Shown: one piece after another, positions 26,511 through 40,159 of the stretch | Position numbering within the stretch: the stretch's first letter is position 1 | Layout of the letters: every line of letters begins with the position of its first letter | DNA from: Octopus sinensis | Taxonomy: Eukaryota | Assembly (NCBI RefSeq): GCF_006345805.1 | Contig: NC_043002.1 | Coordinates: forward strand, 73,780,001-73,844,000 | DNA: 64,000 nt | Reading direction: 5' to 3' | Program-made: the position numbers and the translations under genes | Notes under the pieces: model-generated | The model's input: only the letters and a program-made list of their open reading frames with translations | What the model was told of the DNA's origin: nothing | Database searches by the model: none

Positions 26511-27499
26511 ATGTGTGTTCATGTGATGTCATAATTTTATAGCAACATATTGATCTGGTGTCTGGTCTCTGAGCAGAAAACACACATAAAAGGATGATAG
26601 CCATTTAGAATAAGCATTTTCAAAGAGAGATGAAATATAGAGTGAACTGCAAAATAGAGATCACAAGATTCATATATCTAGCTACATTTTATGAAAGTTC
26701 AGGATCACACATGAAAAGAAACTTTTCACAAAATACGGCAAAATCATGAAGACTTTTACAACACAATCCCTTTTTAACCCCAATTTAAGTTGTCACCATC
26801 TACAATTAGTTATATTTGTAAGGCTATAAATATGTAAAAAAAAAAATTGTAATATTTACCTTCTGTTTCTCTAAGTTGGCTTAAAAAAATGGTTTGTAGT
26901 TCAATCTTTAAGCTTGCCAGTTACCTTCAAGTTTTGCATGTATTAATAGTTGGAGCAATTATTTTCCATATACACAGGAATATCAGATCTATTTCCATCT
27001 TGTATACATTCCAATTATTACAAAATATTTTTTGTTTGTTTTGAATAAGATGCAATATATATATAAGAATGGAAATTAACTTTTATGCAACAGCTGCAAC
27101 TGAATACTTGCATCAATTCACAGAAACAGAGAAATAATGTGATATAAACATTTCATTTACCAATCATGAAAAATTATATTTTTCAAAACTTAACTATGAC
27201 AATTGGACTATTCCACCAGTAGGCAGTAAAGTGATGTCAGGTTAATGCAGAGACCACTTCTAATAGCAGCAAGAGAATTGTGTAACTGACAAAGTTTGTT
27301 AGTAGTAATGAACTCCCAAAATGAGTACCAACAAAGAAGGCTACTTAAATCAAAGTTATACTCCAAGATACACCAACTGCCTAGCCAACAAAAAAAAAAA
27401 TGTAACCCTGGAAATTACCATAAGGATTACAGGAACAATACAGAGACAAAGTGTACTTGAGAGTGAAAAGACCATATGAAATTTAATACAATGTGCAGA

Positions 27500-27900
27500 G
27501 TTATCGTTTTCATATCTACTTTTCCAAGTTTTCACGGGTCAGATGAAATTTGTTCAGGCAGGTTTTCTATGATTGGATGTCTTTCTTGGTGTTAACCAAT
27601 CACCTGTTTCCAAGCAAGGTAATATTTACCCATGACCAGACATTTTTTGTGAAAAATTGGAAACAAAGGATAGTGCTTGTATGATGGTGGCTCATTTACA
27701 TGTACTGAGTGATGTCAAAACAAAGAAATATAAACACACACACACGACAGACTTCTTTCAGTTTCTGACTAGCAATTCCATTCACAAAGTTTTGGTCATC
27801 CTGAGACTATAGTAGAAGACACTTGTCCAAAGTACCACATAGTGGGACTGAACCTGAAGCCATGTGCTTGGTAAGTGAACTTTTGAACAACATAGCTATA
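27500..27900 (-). mobile_element. tRNA-derived SINE (8251 family)
   Basis: ctttcagtttc...gtagaagacacttgtccaaagtaccac...gggactgaacc. Confidence 0.75.
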
Positions 27901-28100
27901 CCTATTCTTTTTGTGTAGAATAACTATGAGATTAAAATCTCCTGTCAGTATACATAAAAAAAAATGTTTCCAAACTCTACATATTGTCCATAAATTTGTT
28001 TCTTTTTTAACTAATACATAATAAAATTGTGTGTGTGAATGTTGTAGAATGTAACAAAAAATACATTATATTATGTATTTTATATTATTATATAATGCAA

Positions 28101-28940
28101 AAGGTGGACTTTATTTCATATTGTAATGCTGCAACTACAAGGGGTCTTAATAGCATGCTTTACTTCACCCTGAATTGACTGAATTAATTTTTACCAACCA
28201 ATGAATGATTACTGATCATATACATTATATGCAGCTTGTGCATATGCCACACACTTGATTGTATATGCACATTATGTACTTGTGTATTGTTGTATTATTT
28301 TGATTTCAACTTTCTTCCCATCTTTTGTCACAAATTACCCCTTGTCAGCCTGCCTACTTTGGTTAATTTTATCTTTATGATACTGCTCACTCCTTATCAT
28401 CCACCATTCCCTTTCTTGTGCTGATCTCCTTTTTGTTAGCTTATCCCCCCCCCCCCGATTTTATTGACCTCTTTACCCACAACTCATTTCCTTTACCCAC
28501 TCCAGTATCCCACTTTGTTTACATGTGTCTCTGTATTATGTATATGTTATTTTGTCCATCACCTCCTCTGCTCTGCTTTCTCACTATTTCCTACTTTACC
28601 AGACCTGGCTGGTCCCACCATATTCCATCCATTTCAACTGACCTGGGTTTTGCTACAAACTTTGATCACTACTCACACTTTATTTCTGGCCACACTACTT
28701 ACATTATATTTCCCTCCCTCTTTCTCTCCCCTTATATCTACCCCTCCATGTCACTCCTTTATTTCTTTAAATTTTCCAGCTGCAGTTTTGTGACTGTAGT
28801 GATAAGGCTACTTTATTCTCACTCTTTCTCTCTCTGAAGAAAAAGAACCAACAGTATGAAGCGGATTTTTTTTACCTCCCTTATCACAAATCAACCATCT
28901 GAAATTCTTTTTTTCCTTCAAACTTTTATAAACAGCTGAG
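28101..28940 (+). mobile_element. Possible 5'-truncated Penelope-like retroelement remnant
   Basis: KVDFISYCNAATTRGLN...stop resembles the FI...P.GLN C-terminus of PLE GIY-YIG ORFs, followed by a ~600-bp pyrimidine-rich tract and CTGAAGA(28834)...aaacagctg(28930), a hammerhead-like remnant. Confidence 0.4.
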
Positions 28941-28944
28941 CATG

Positions 28945-29165
28945 CTTGTCCTGCAAGTTACTTGGTGACCTCATTAGTACCAGTGCCATGAAAAAAGCAC
29001 AGTACACTCTGTAAACTAGACAGCATCAGAAAGCGCATCCGGCCATAGAAACTATGCCAAAGTAGATATTGGAACTCGGTGCAGTCTTCTGGCTTGTCAG
29101 CTCCTGTCAAACTATCCAATACACACCACCATAGAAAACAGACATTGAACAATGACAATAATGAT
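28945..29165 (+). mobile_element. SINE (3496 family 3' part)
   Basis: tgcaagttacttggtgacc...aaaaagcac...gcatccggccatagaaac... Confidence 0.7.
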
Positions 29166-29382
29166 ATGATAGGTAAACTTTTGAAATTATTTGACATTAC
29201 TTTGTAAAAATCGTAATGGCTAAAATAATTATCCAGTAACAAGAGAGAGCATTTATTGTAGAGATAGCTCTTGTTATTGTTACTGTCAGAGTTCATAGTC
29301 ATTTTTCTTTTTACAAGGAAAATACATTTCTGTGAAGGAGAGAGAAAGGAATAGTCAAATGATATATGACATTGTGTGTGTC

Positions 29383-29431
<49 letters not shown>

Positions 29432-30556
29432 CTGATATTTATTAATAGTCAGTTGAAATGCAAAATTGGCAGTAGTAAGATTTGAACTGAACAAAAAAGA
29501 AAGGAATCTATATGAAAACCAGGTAGAAAAAAAAAACTTTTGTTATTTAAGGTACATAAGAATTACCTATAAAATAACATTAGCCATGACTGGTTAAAAA
29601 TAGCAGCCAAATTGCCCTCAAATCATACCCATCTTAAGGAAGGAAAGACACACTGGATCATGTGGTCCCTGATACACTGTGGATGAATAGAAGACAAAAT
29701 AGTTACAACTAGAATGGTTTTGATCATAAGTCTACTGAAACAGGGTCGAGCTGAAGCAAACAAAAAAAAAAAAAACACACACTTAAGTTTCATGAATCCC
29801 TCTAATACAGGTTAGTTTTAGCAAATGCAAGATTAATATAATAAATCTAAAGCCTGACATAATATAATTAGATTGGAACTTTATTTTAAAATTTATTATT
29901 TACACCTACATAGGAAAAGACTTATATAGGATAAGACTTCATAGTTGGGAACAAAGGAGTTGATGATAGTTTATAGATGAAAATTATATATCATTGCAAG
30001 TCAATAAACTGAATCTAAACATTTCTGTAAAACTATCATGGAACAACAGCAGTAATTAATAGATAGTTTCACATGAGAAGCAATAAAAACGTTGAACAAG
30101 AAAACTATGATTTATAGGTATTGCTTACGTACATGATAGAAAGTGCAGTAGGAGTTAGTTGTGATAAGAAAATTGGTAATTAAAATGTTGCCTGAGTAGG
30201 CAGGAAAAACAAAGTCGGCAGCATTTTAGCAATTTTTGTAAGTGCATTTAGCTCTGAAGATAATTCTGTATATTACCGAGAGACTTGTTATAAATATTCA
30301 CAAAATAATAATAATAATAATAATAGTAATAATAATGACAACAACAACATAGATGATTTTGTTCATTTCCCATGTCTAACCTACTACAATAACAATCTAG
30401 TATGATATTATTAATGAAAGTGATTAAAAAAAAAGTTGTAATAAGCATTCATAAAACTTGTAATACAAAGTAATTCATACACTCAAAGAGGAATTGATTC
30501 CAGATAAACTAAGATTGGCAGTAGGAGGAAGATCTGTCAACTATACTCTCACTCTT

Positions 30557-30557
<1 letters not shown>

Positions 30558-30625
<68 letters not shown>

Positions 30626-30630
30626 TATAT
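30558..30630. repeat. (TC)n(AC)n microsatellite
   Basis: Direct inspection. Confidence 0.95.
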
Positions 30631-31103
30631 AGATCAAAGTATTTATAAAATTGACTAAGATAAATGGCCACAACATGAAAAGATAGACTTGTAGTAATAG
30701 AAGAATAAAGAATTTAGAAATACACCTACTTTGACACACAAAGTTGTTACATAAATGTCCACTGCCTGTATAGTAATGCTGTAGCTATCCCTACACATCA
30801 GTTTTCCAACCCTCTCCTCGACACAAAAAGTCAGGTGTCTGACTCATGTTCTATTGTACATGATATAAATGATTACTAAAATTAAAACAATTTGACCAAA
30901 CAATGGCAACATCAGCACCTATTATACGTAGAAGGGCTGCTTACACTGTCATTGAAATATTTTGTAACAAATGATCACTAAAGTAAGTTTATTAATAAAG
31001 CTAGTTAAATACTTGCCTTCAACAATTAGCTATCCCACTATACAAATAAAAAAAAAATACACTTGCTACTCAAGATGCAAAGTGAACATCCTCATAAATA
31101 CAC

Positions 31104-31134
<31 letters not shown>

Positions 31135-32639
31135 AATATATGTATACGTGCGAGTGTGTGCATGTGTACACATGCATATACACATATATATGAATGTATT
31201 CAAATATATTTACACACACACACAGAGTCAAACAACTGCTGTCAAAACAGTAAATTTTAGAGCCTAAAATATCTTGTTCCATTTGTAGATTAGCTTTGTC
31301 ACAATATGGAAGAGCCAAAATCAGATATTTGTACAAACTCATAGAATCTGGTTTCAGAAAGTGTTGAAATACTGATGCAGTCAATCTATTAAGAGCCCTG
31401 TGGTAAAAATTGCTGTTCCACACAAGAGTATGTTTTTATCAAGGTTCAAACTAACTTTCTCTATGATAAGGCTGTGGGACTCCATCCATAACATGAATTT
31501 GGCTAGAGCTAAAATTTTGTTTGCTGACTAGACTGATCAAGGATGTTCAAGTGCAGAAGCTAGATGAGTCTTCCTTTCTACCAATTGCCCCAATTAAAAG
31601 CTAAGACTAAGAAATATATTAATTTACCTTGTGATACAATCGTAATGCTAATCCCAGGCTATGGTCTCAACTCTAAAATCCATGTGCTAAACGCAAATCA
31701 TAAACATTTCATTTCTACACTTGTGAAACTGAGGGTCTGTTCTGAAGCAGTTTGACCACTAATCATTTGTTTCATTGAGTAAAAAGAGAGAGAGCATTTT
31801 TCTCTGTGAAACCTCCTACAATAAATGGAAACCTTATCTCATACATGAAGCTTCATTCATTACTGACTCAGAGTAACATGATACGCACAATTGTGAATCA
31901 TGCTGTGCTTATCACAGGGTGATCTGTGATAACATGGTTTATGATCAGTCAAAGAGTCTGCTTGGAACACAAAAACATTCTCCAGCAACCACCCACAGCT
32001 ACCCATAATGCACTGACTATTGTAGTGCTCACAAGACAATGTTATGAGGCTGCATATTTTTTTATATGAATTTACATACTTGTATCTATCAACATGGTAC
32101 AAATGAACAAACAAAACACAGGCATCTGATCTTAACAAATTACACAGATGAGTGTATTCTCAACAGCAAAAAGTAGAGATAATAAAGAAAATACATAACA
32201 GCAGAAGCTTCATTGCTATGGGCAGCAAGTTGGGTGTCAACCTATCATTTGCTCCATTTACAAAGTGCATGGAGTAGACTCATTTATCACTGTTTTTTGG
32301 AGTCAAACCTCTGTGATAAATGAGGATAGATGTACTTCTTTGAGAACATGGTATAACCTGCACCAGCTTCAGTTAATCGTTCATGATCATTACTTAGCTT
32401 GAACATTTCTTCAGAAAATTTTAGCTGTGCTGTGTTAGATTTAAGAGACATTAACTTGGCTGTGGATTATTACTGAGGCAGACTATAAGATTAAATATCA
32501 TCCACCATTTAAGTTGCCTGATAAACACTGTCTTTTGTTGAATAACAATAAATGCTTAATTAAAGGAGATTAAGCTCGTAAACCAATAAACTCTCAAAAA
32601 ATGCATTTGTAACACAATTTATGTGTGTGTGTGTATATG

Positions 32640-33880
32640 TATAGGTGACTATGTGGCTTTAGATTCACATCAAAATATAACTTTTAAGGTTCTACCCTTG
32701 GCACCTAAGGCAAGTGTCTCTCAGTACAGTTTCAAGCTAACCAATGCCATGTGAGTGAAACTAGTAGATGGAAACTGTATGGAAGTCTGTTATATATAAT
32801 ATATATACATATATCATTCATTTGTTTGTTTTTACTACTGTTTTACCATGCTCTCATTGATATTATTCAAGCATTATTTTACAGCTGGATGCTCTTCTAG
32901 TTATTTAACCCTGATCTGCTTTTTAAGTAAGAGATTTTCTATTCCTACATCTTTGAAGGCACAAAGCTAGCAGATGATTTGTTGAAAACAGAATCAATGT
33001 CATCACTTGTAGCTCAGTGATTTTAGAAGATCAAATGTAAACCAACACACACACACATATACATGCATTCTTACATATACAGACACACACGGCAGACTTC
33101 TTTTAGCTTCCATCTACCAAATCCATTCACAAAGTTTTGGTCAGGCCAGGGTTATTAGTAGAAAACACTTGCCCAAGGTACCACACAATGAAACTGGATA
33201 TGAAGGGACATGGTTAGGAAAAAATTTCATAACCACACTGCCATATCTGTGCCTGCTGTATGTGTATGTTTACATTCTGCATCCTTACATGATACCATCT
33301 GAGCAATCAGTGATGTCATACTTACATTCCATGTAAACAATATGTCATGTTGAGCAATTTTGAAGACCAGTGGAATGTGGAATAAAAAATATCCTTAACT
33401 TGAAAAAGAGGTAAGCTTGATGACGGAAAGTATATCTAACCATAAAATACTGCCTTAATAAATGTCCATCTAACCCATGCCAGCATAAAGAAATGCAAAA
33501 CAAATGGAAACTAATGAGTGTATGTATGAAAGAAAAAACATTTGATCAAATTATATTTTAGGTTATTCCTTATAAAGCACACATATCGTCGTCATCATTT
33601 TAATGCCCATTTTTCTATGCCTGCATGAATCAGACAGAATCTTCTGAGGCAGACTCTCTAGAGCTAGATACCCTTTCTGTCACCAAGCAAGGTAATAGTT
33701 CCCCATGAGTAAACAAGTTTTTCACAGAAGATTGGAAAAAAACTTGTTTACAACCATCACACAATGTCAAGGCAAAGGAACACTTACACACAAATCCACT
33801 CACAAGGGTTTGGTTGGCCAAGACACTTGCTCCAGGTGCCCTTCAGCAGAGCTGCAAATTTCTTAACCAACAGTCATACC
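32640..33880. mobile_element. Cluster of degenerate SINEs in both orientations
   Basis: Plus-strand head at ~32640, minus-strand copies at ~32820-33250 and ~33585-33880. Confidence 0.65.
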
Positions 33881-36464
33881 CACACCCATCCTCATTTGCA
33901 AATAGTTCTGTTGCAAAAGTTAATTCCGCTTTCAAGCAATTATGAAAATGAAAATAATTAAATCCAAGAAAAAAGGAAAAATAATTAATCCAAGAAAAAA
34001 GGAAGAAAATTCCAGATATGCTCTTAAACAACAAATGAGTCAACAAAGGAACCTTAGATAGTCATTAACCTAGAAACTGAAACTATATTTCTTTTAAATT
34101 ATACTCTACTGTCTAACTAAAAAAAAAAGACGATATCCAAGACAACATTAAGTAATGTCATATTAGCTATAAGATGCCTGGAAAAATGAAGAGATTGGCT
34201 GGTCATGGCTGGAACGCTTTTGACCATAGATCTACTTAATCAGGTTCACAACAACAACAAAATAGTAAAGAAATCACAATCTCATTAGCATTCAACAATT
34301 TTAATGAGAAGTCTAGTTATAAAGAGTAGAGAGCAAAGGTATCTTCCCAGTAAAACCAGCTATAATTCCTATTTTAATTCACTTGCCAACACTAATATCT
34401 TTTTACAAAGACTTAAACATCACAAACTCAACTTTCCTTCTCTTATAAATATGAAATATCAAGCCAATTCTTTTAGAAAACTCAATATTACATTTTAAAA
34501 AATCTTTTATATTTATAGTTTACATCTAATTGAATAATTGAGCTAGTTATTTTCTTTTCTTTGTAATATTAAAACCAGAATTGAAGCTTATTCCATGATA
34601 TGGCAATTACTATATTATTTCAATCAAAAGGAGAAAAACCTTGAAATTTGACAGGTGACAAACAAGACTGAATAATTCAATCATTAAGACTATTTTAACA
34701 TGATAACTAGATTATAGATAAATTGATCCCCAGAACACATAGAAATGTTTTAGTAATGTTTGGCCAATCAGAGGCTTCTGTCAGAACCATGATACTGATT
34801 TATAGCAAGTGATACATTGAAACTTAGGAAAGAAATGGAATATGTTTTTATGATAGTTTTTGTTTTGTAGTTTTTTCCCCACCACTTCTATTGACTTCCC
34901 AGAGAAATGGAAGAACAGCAGGTGTACTATGTCAGTTATAGAATGTCAAGGACATAGTTGGGAAGATGCTGCAGTAAACTAAATGTAGAAATAATTGATA
35001 ATTCTAAATAAATATCTGTTTACAATTTCATCTGTATGTTCTAGAATAAAGACAATTTATATTTCCTTAAAAAAAATCAAAGTATAGAAAGTATGAAAAA
35101 ACAATTCACTAGTATAATGATAAAATTAAGTTGAATCTTTGCCCCAAAATTTTATTGGGTGTAGGAATAAAAGAAGTAATATATTTTTTATTGCATATAA
35201 AAATTTTACAGACAAACAAATGAAATATAGCTAAACCAATTTCGAATGTTGAAAAAAAAAATATTGATTTAATGAAGTAATAGAAAACAGACAGACCAAT
35301 AACATTATTAACACTAATGAATAAGGGATGATCTACAGATAGGTAACTAAATTGTGTTCGGCAACAGTTCAGACACCATCATACTGATACATGTTGCATC
35401 AACTGATAAATGTGATGTAGTTGCTTGGCTACACACTCAAAGTATATTGTTATGTTAGAAATATAATAACCAGATTGATATTTCTTGTGAACCAGCAAAG
35501 TAATTAAAAGAATAATTTCAAGTTATCAATTTACATAATTTGCTTTCTTTCTTTCTTTTTCTTTTTTTTTAAATATTTCTTTTAGCATGTTACAGCACAA
35601 GCATTTCACAAAACAACTTCTGTCTGAAATTTTCTGTGAATTGATATAATACTCTTAAAATCTTTTTTTTCTTTCTTCCTACTCTCACAGAACAAAAATC
35701 TGAAAACACCTTGTTTGGATGATTTGAGAAATAAAGGAAGAATTTGATGTAGACATGAAATAATAAAAGGGAATGATAGACTATATTGAGAATTTAATTA
35801 AAAAATCTTTAATCATTATTCAAAACAATCAAGTTTGGATCATCAATAGTATAAGCATAGTATTATACTTTTGTAATATTAAATATTTCTAATGGACAGA
35901 GTGGTGAACATTCTTTGTATTATTACCATGTTAAATCGTCATCATCATTATCAAAAGGTCATTTGTCTACCTGACAAAATTTATTTTACCGACAACATAT
36001 TTTAATTTATATCGTTCTTTACTGTCATTTTCCTTGCTTTATCTTTGTATTTCGCAGACAATGCTTTCCTGAAATTTTCTGACAGTGCTCTGTCTATTGC
36101 TTGAATCTGTCCAGTATACCTATATGCTTCTCACCATGCACTCCTATCTGTCTAGTGTACATCATAAAATGAAGAACAGCTCCACAATGAAATTTCCTTC
36201 TCTAGGTATTCTTTTAAACTTCATCTTAATCATACAAATTGTATTATTTTAACCTTTCATTTTTCTGTACATGAATAATAAAAATTGCTTTTCTTCTCTA
36301 AAGAGTAAAATTATTAGTTCTAAGAAGAAAAACAACAAAAGGTTTCTCAAGATTAATCAACACAGATATAGAGTCAACTTGCAAACAACATTTAAATAAT
36401 CATCTTCCTGTTTAACATCTGTTTTTAGGTGTGTGTATGAAAATTATCTATCTGTCTGTCTGTT

Positions 36465-36523
<59 letters not shown>

Positions 36524-36526
<3 letters not shown>

Positions 36527-37483
36527 AATTGAATAAGTAGACGAACGCTCGGGATGTTGTTAAACCATTTATATCTTGAATTTTTCTACATATGTTTTGA
36601 CAAATGTACTCCCAAAATGTCCAACAGGATAAATTATTCATTAAAAAAAAAAATTTACAAGTATTGTTGTAGTATGAACTTACATACTACATTTCTATGA
36701 ATGAAGTGCTGCAGTGTAGAGTCAAGTCTCAAGCAAGTGCTGTAATCTTACTGTAAATTCTTAGGTGACCAAATCTACAATAACATGATTTTGGTTTCTG
36801 ATACAAGCTATTTCACTTCACATCTGAGACTAATGTCCTTGTAAAAAACATCAACCGCTAATTCTATAAAGCCAGAGGTTCAGATCAAAATATTCATAGT
36901 ATGCAGCCTACCAATCTAAATAGCCAATACCATACTAATTAGTGATTTCCAAAGCAGCACACTCCCTGTGTGGTAGAAAGGTATTGAAGAGAAGAGGAAC
37001 ACAAGTGATTGGTTGAGAAGGTAGAATAGAGTAGAACTAAAATTGATGAAAGAATAAGGGAAAACAGTGTAACTTATTCAATTTTTCTATTTTCTTCTTG
37101 TATCAATGTCAATCAATTTTTCTATATTGGAAAAATAAGTAAGACTATATAACTTATGTTATTATTATTTGTCTGGCAATGTTTTTGTGAAACAGATGTA
37201 AAGAAAATGAGATTTTTTAAATATCAATGAGGTTGTACATGCACTACATAATGAAACATTACTTATTAATAAAAATTAATTAGCCTCTAGTGTAACAGTA
37301 CTGAAACAAAGTGTCGTTTTTCAAGTCCAGATGGGAAAATAGCATACCCTTTAATTATAAAAAAATTATTAGTTCTGTTGAACAGGTAGTCTCAATTATT
37401 ATTATTTATTTGGGTTTTTTTCTCCCTCAAGTAATATTAAAATTATTGCATCTGAGTAACTAAATTACTCCTACCACAAATAT

Positions 37484-37527
<44 letters not shown>

Positions 37528-38477
37528 AATTGAATAAGTAGACGAACGCTCGGGATGTTGTTAAACCATTTATATCTTGAATTTTTCTACATATGTTTTG
37601 ACAAATGTACTCCCAAAATGTCCAACAGGATAAATTATTCATTAAAAAAAAAAATTTACAAGTATTGTTGTAGTATGAACTTACATACTACATTTCTATG
37701 AATGAAGTGCTGCAGTGTAGAGTCAAGTCTCAAGCAAGTGCTGTAATCTTACTGTAAATTCTTAGGTGACCAAATCTACAATAACATGATTTTGGTTTCT
37801 GATACAAGCTATTTCACTTCACATCTGAGACTAATGTCCTTGTAAAAAACATCAACCGCTAATTCTATAAAGCCAGAGGTTCAGATCAAAATATTCATAG
37901 TATGCAGCCTACCAATCTAAATAGCCAATACCATACTAATTAGTGATTTCCAAAGCAGCACACTCCCTGTGTGGTAGAAAGGTATTGAAGAGAAGAGGAA
38001 CACAAGTGATTGGTTGAGAAGGTAGAATAGAGTAGAACTAAAATTGATGAAAGAATAAGGGAAAACAGTGTAACTTATTCAATTTTTCTATTTTCTTCTT
38101 GTATCAATGTCAATCAATTTTTCTATATTGGAAAAATAAGTAAGACTATATAACTTATGTTATTATTATTTGTCTGGCAATGTTTTTGTGAAACAGATGT
38201 AAAGAAAATGAGATTTTTTAAATATCAATGAGGTTGTACATGCACTACATAATGAAACATTACTTATTAATAAAAATTAATTAGCCTCTAGTGTAACAGT
38301 ACTGAAACAAAGTGTCGTTTTTCAAGTCCAGATGGGAAAATAGCATACCCTTTAATTTATAAAAAAATTATTAGTTCTGTTGAACAGGTAGTCTCAATTA
38401 TTATTATTTATTTGGGTTTTTTTCTCCCTCAAGTAATATTAAAATTATTGCATCTGAGTAACTAAATTACTCCTACC

Positions 38478-38482
<5 letters not shown>
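36524..38482. repeat. Near-perfect ~1-kb tandem duplication bounded by (TA)n tracts
   Basis: Unit 1 36524-37480, unit 2 37525-38482. By eye identical except one extra T (ccctttaattata versus ccctttaatttata). Confidence 0.95.
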
Positions 38483-38522
<40 letters not shown>

Positions 38523-38569
38523 TAGATAGATAGATATATAGATAGATATACAGATACAGAGATATAGTC

Positions 38570-38945
38570 TATGCTGTAAAATGGTTGGTACTAGGAAGGG
38601 CATCCAGCAGCAAAATCATGCCAAAGCAGATAATGGAGCTTGATGCAGTCCTTAGACATATCAGTTCCTGTCAAAATGTTCAACTCATGCCACCACGAAA
38701 CATGGACATTAAATGATGATGATAATGCATCATATATACATTCTTTTATTCTTTTACTTAATTCAGTCATTTGACTGTGGCCATGCTGGAGCACTGCCTT
38801 GATGGGTTTTAGTCAAATGAATCAACCCTCAGGACTTTTTTTAAGACTAGAACTTATTCTATCAGTCTATTTTGCTGAACCACTAAGTTACAGGGATATA
38901 ACCACACCAACATCAGTTGTCAAACGGTGATGAACACACACACAG

Positions 38946-38979
<34 letters not shown>

Positions 38980-38990
38980 CACCAATAATG

Positions 38991-39044
<54 letters not shown>

Positions 39045-39190
39045 GATGGGCTTCTTTCAGTTTCCATTTACCATATCCACTCACAAAGCTTTGGTCAGCC
39101 AGAAGCTATAGTAGAAAACACTTGCCCAAGGTGCCACACAGTGGAACTGAACCTAGAACCATGTGGCTGGGAAGCAAGCTTCTTACCACA
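38570..39190. mobile_element. Three adjacent SINE fragments separated by (TA)n
   Basis: Plus-strand 3496-family tail (38570-38725), minus-strand 12540 family (38740-38930), minus-strand 8251 family (39045-39190). Confidence 0.8.
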
Positions 39191-39319
39191 CAACCAAACC
39201 AGCGTAGTCTAGTTTTCATGAAGCATCGTTTCATATACACAAATATTTTTAATTATATGATTTTGAAGCCAAAACAAAAGCAATTTATAAAAAATAAACA
39301 AGTTGATACAGAAAAATCT

Positions 39320-40159
39320 GTACAGGAATCCCACAATGAAGGGTTGCAAAACTTTTACATAATGCACTAAGCAAAGTTTTATCACTATATCAAGATGCAT
39401 TCCTTATCTTTATCTAAATACATTAAAAAGCATTTTCTGAAATTGTGTCCATAATATTTTTTAGGTTTTACTACCTCATACTTTTTGGCTGTTGTAATTA
39501 CATACAAATTAGTATCAGATTTATTTAACCAGGTGTAAGTTGTTAAAATGATCAGAAGGGAATATTTTATTGTAACAAATGTATAGCTATAAAATAATTC
39601 AATCTCAACATAGAGCGAAATTTTCATAAAAAAACCTAAATAAAAATAAATCTTTTAAATTAGTAATATAAATATTATATTAGAAAATCTGTTATACTCT
39701 GTGGATCAGGGACTTAAAAAAGTACCATTCTGTGTATAGAGTTAGTCAAAATGATAACAAATTTTCTTAATTATAATTTTTATCATCTAATTGTATTATT
39801 TACTTATAGCTTTAAATATAATAAAAAAATGTTCTGTACACAAAAGTAATTTTATTTTTAAAAATAATGTAGATTTGAGTGAAGAACTAGATAGTATATT
39901 ATCATAAAGTTGAACAATGTCACAATAGCAATGTCTAACTTAGGAGAAAAAGCAAGGGCTTCATTGCATATAATGACAAAGATTCTGAAGAAACAAGAAG
40001 TCTTCAGAAAAACCACTTCAACTGAATAATTTCCATTTTAATAGAGAATTCAAGTTGAAGAATTACTGGACATTATAGAGTGAATATCTAGAAGGACATG
40101 ATCAAGTTCAATTAGTACAGGAATCCCACAATGAAGGGTTGCAAAACTTTTACATAATG
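39320..40159. repeat. 45-bp exact direct repeat (39320-39364 and 40115-40159)
   Basis: gtacaggaatcccacaatgaagggttgcaaaacttttacataatg occurs twice, 795 bp apart. Confidence 0.92.

Noticed and set aside
28958-29494. Longest ORF in the track (178 aa, minus strand)
   Set aside because: Runs through a microsatellite and an antisense SINE; no domain similarity or splice logic.
35990-36220. Short minus-strand open stretch (YTGQIQAIDRALSENFRK...) considered as the missing PTB helix exon
   Set aside because: Does not match AQxIAQSIGQAF, has flanking stops and lacks suitable splice sites.
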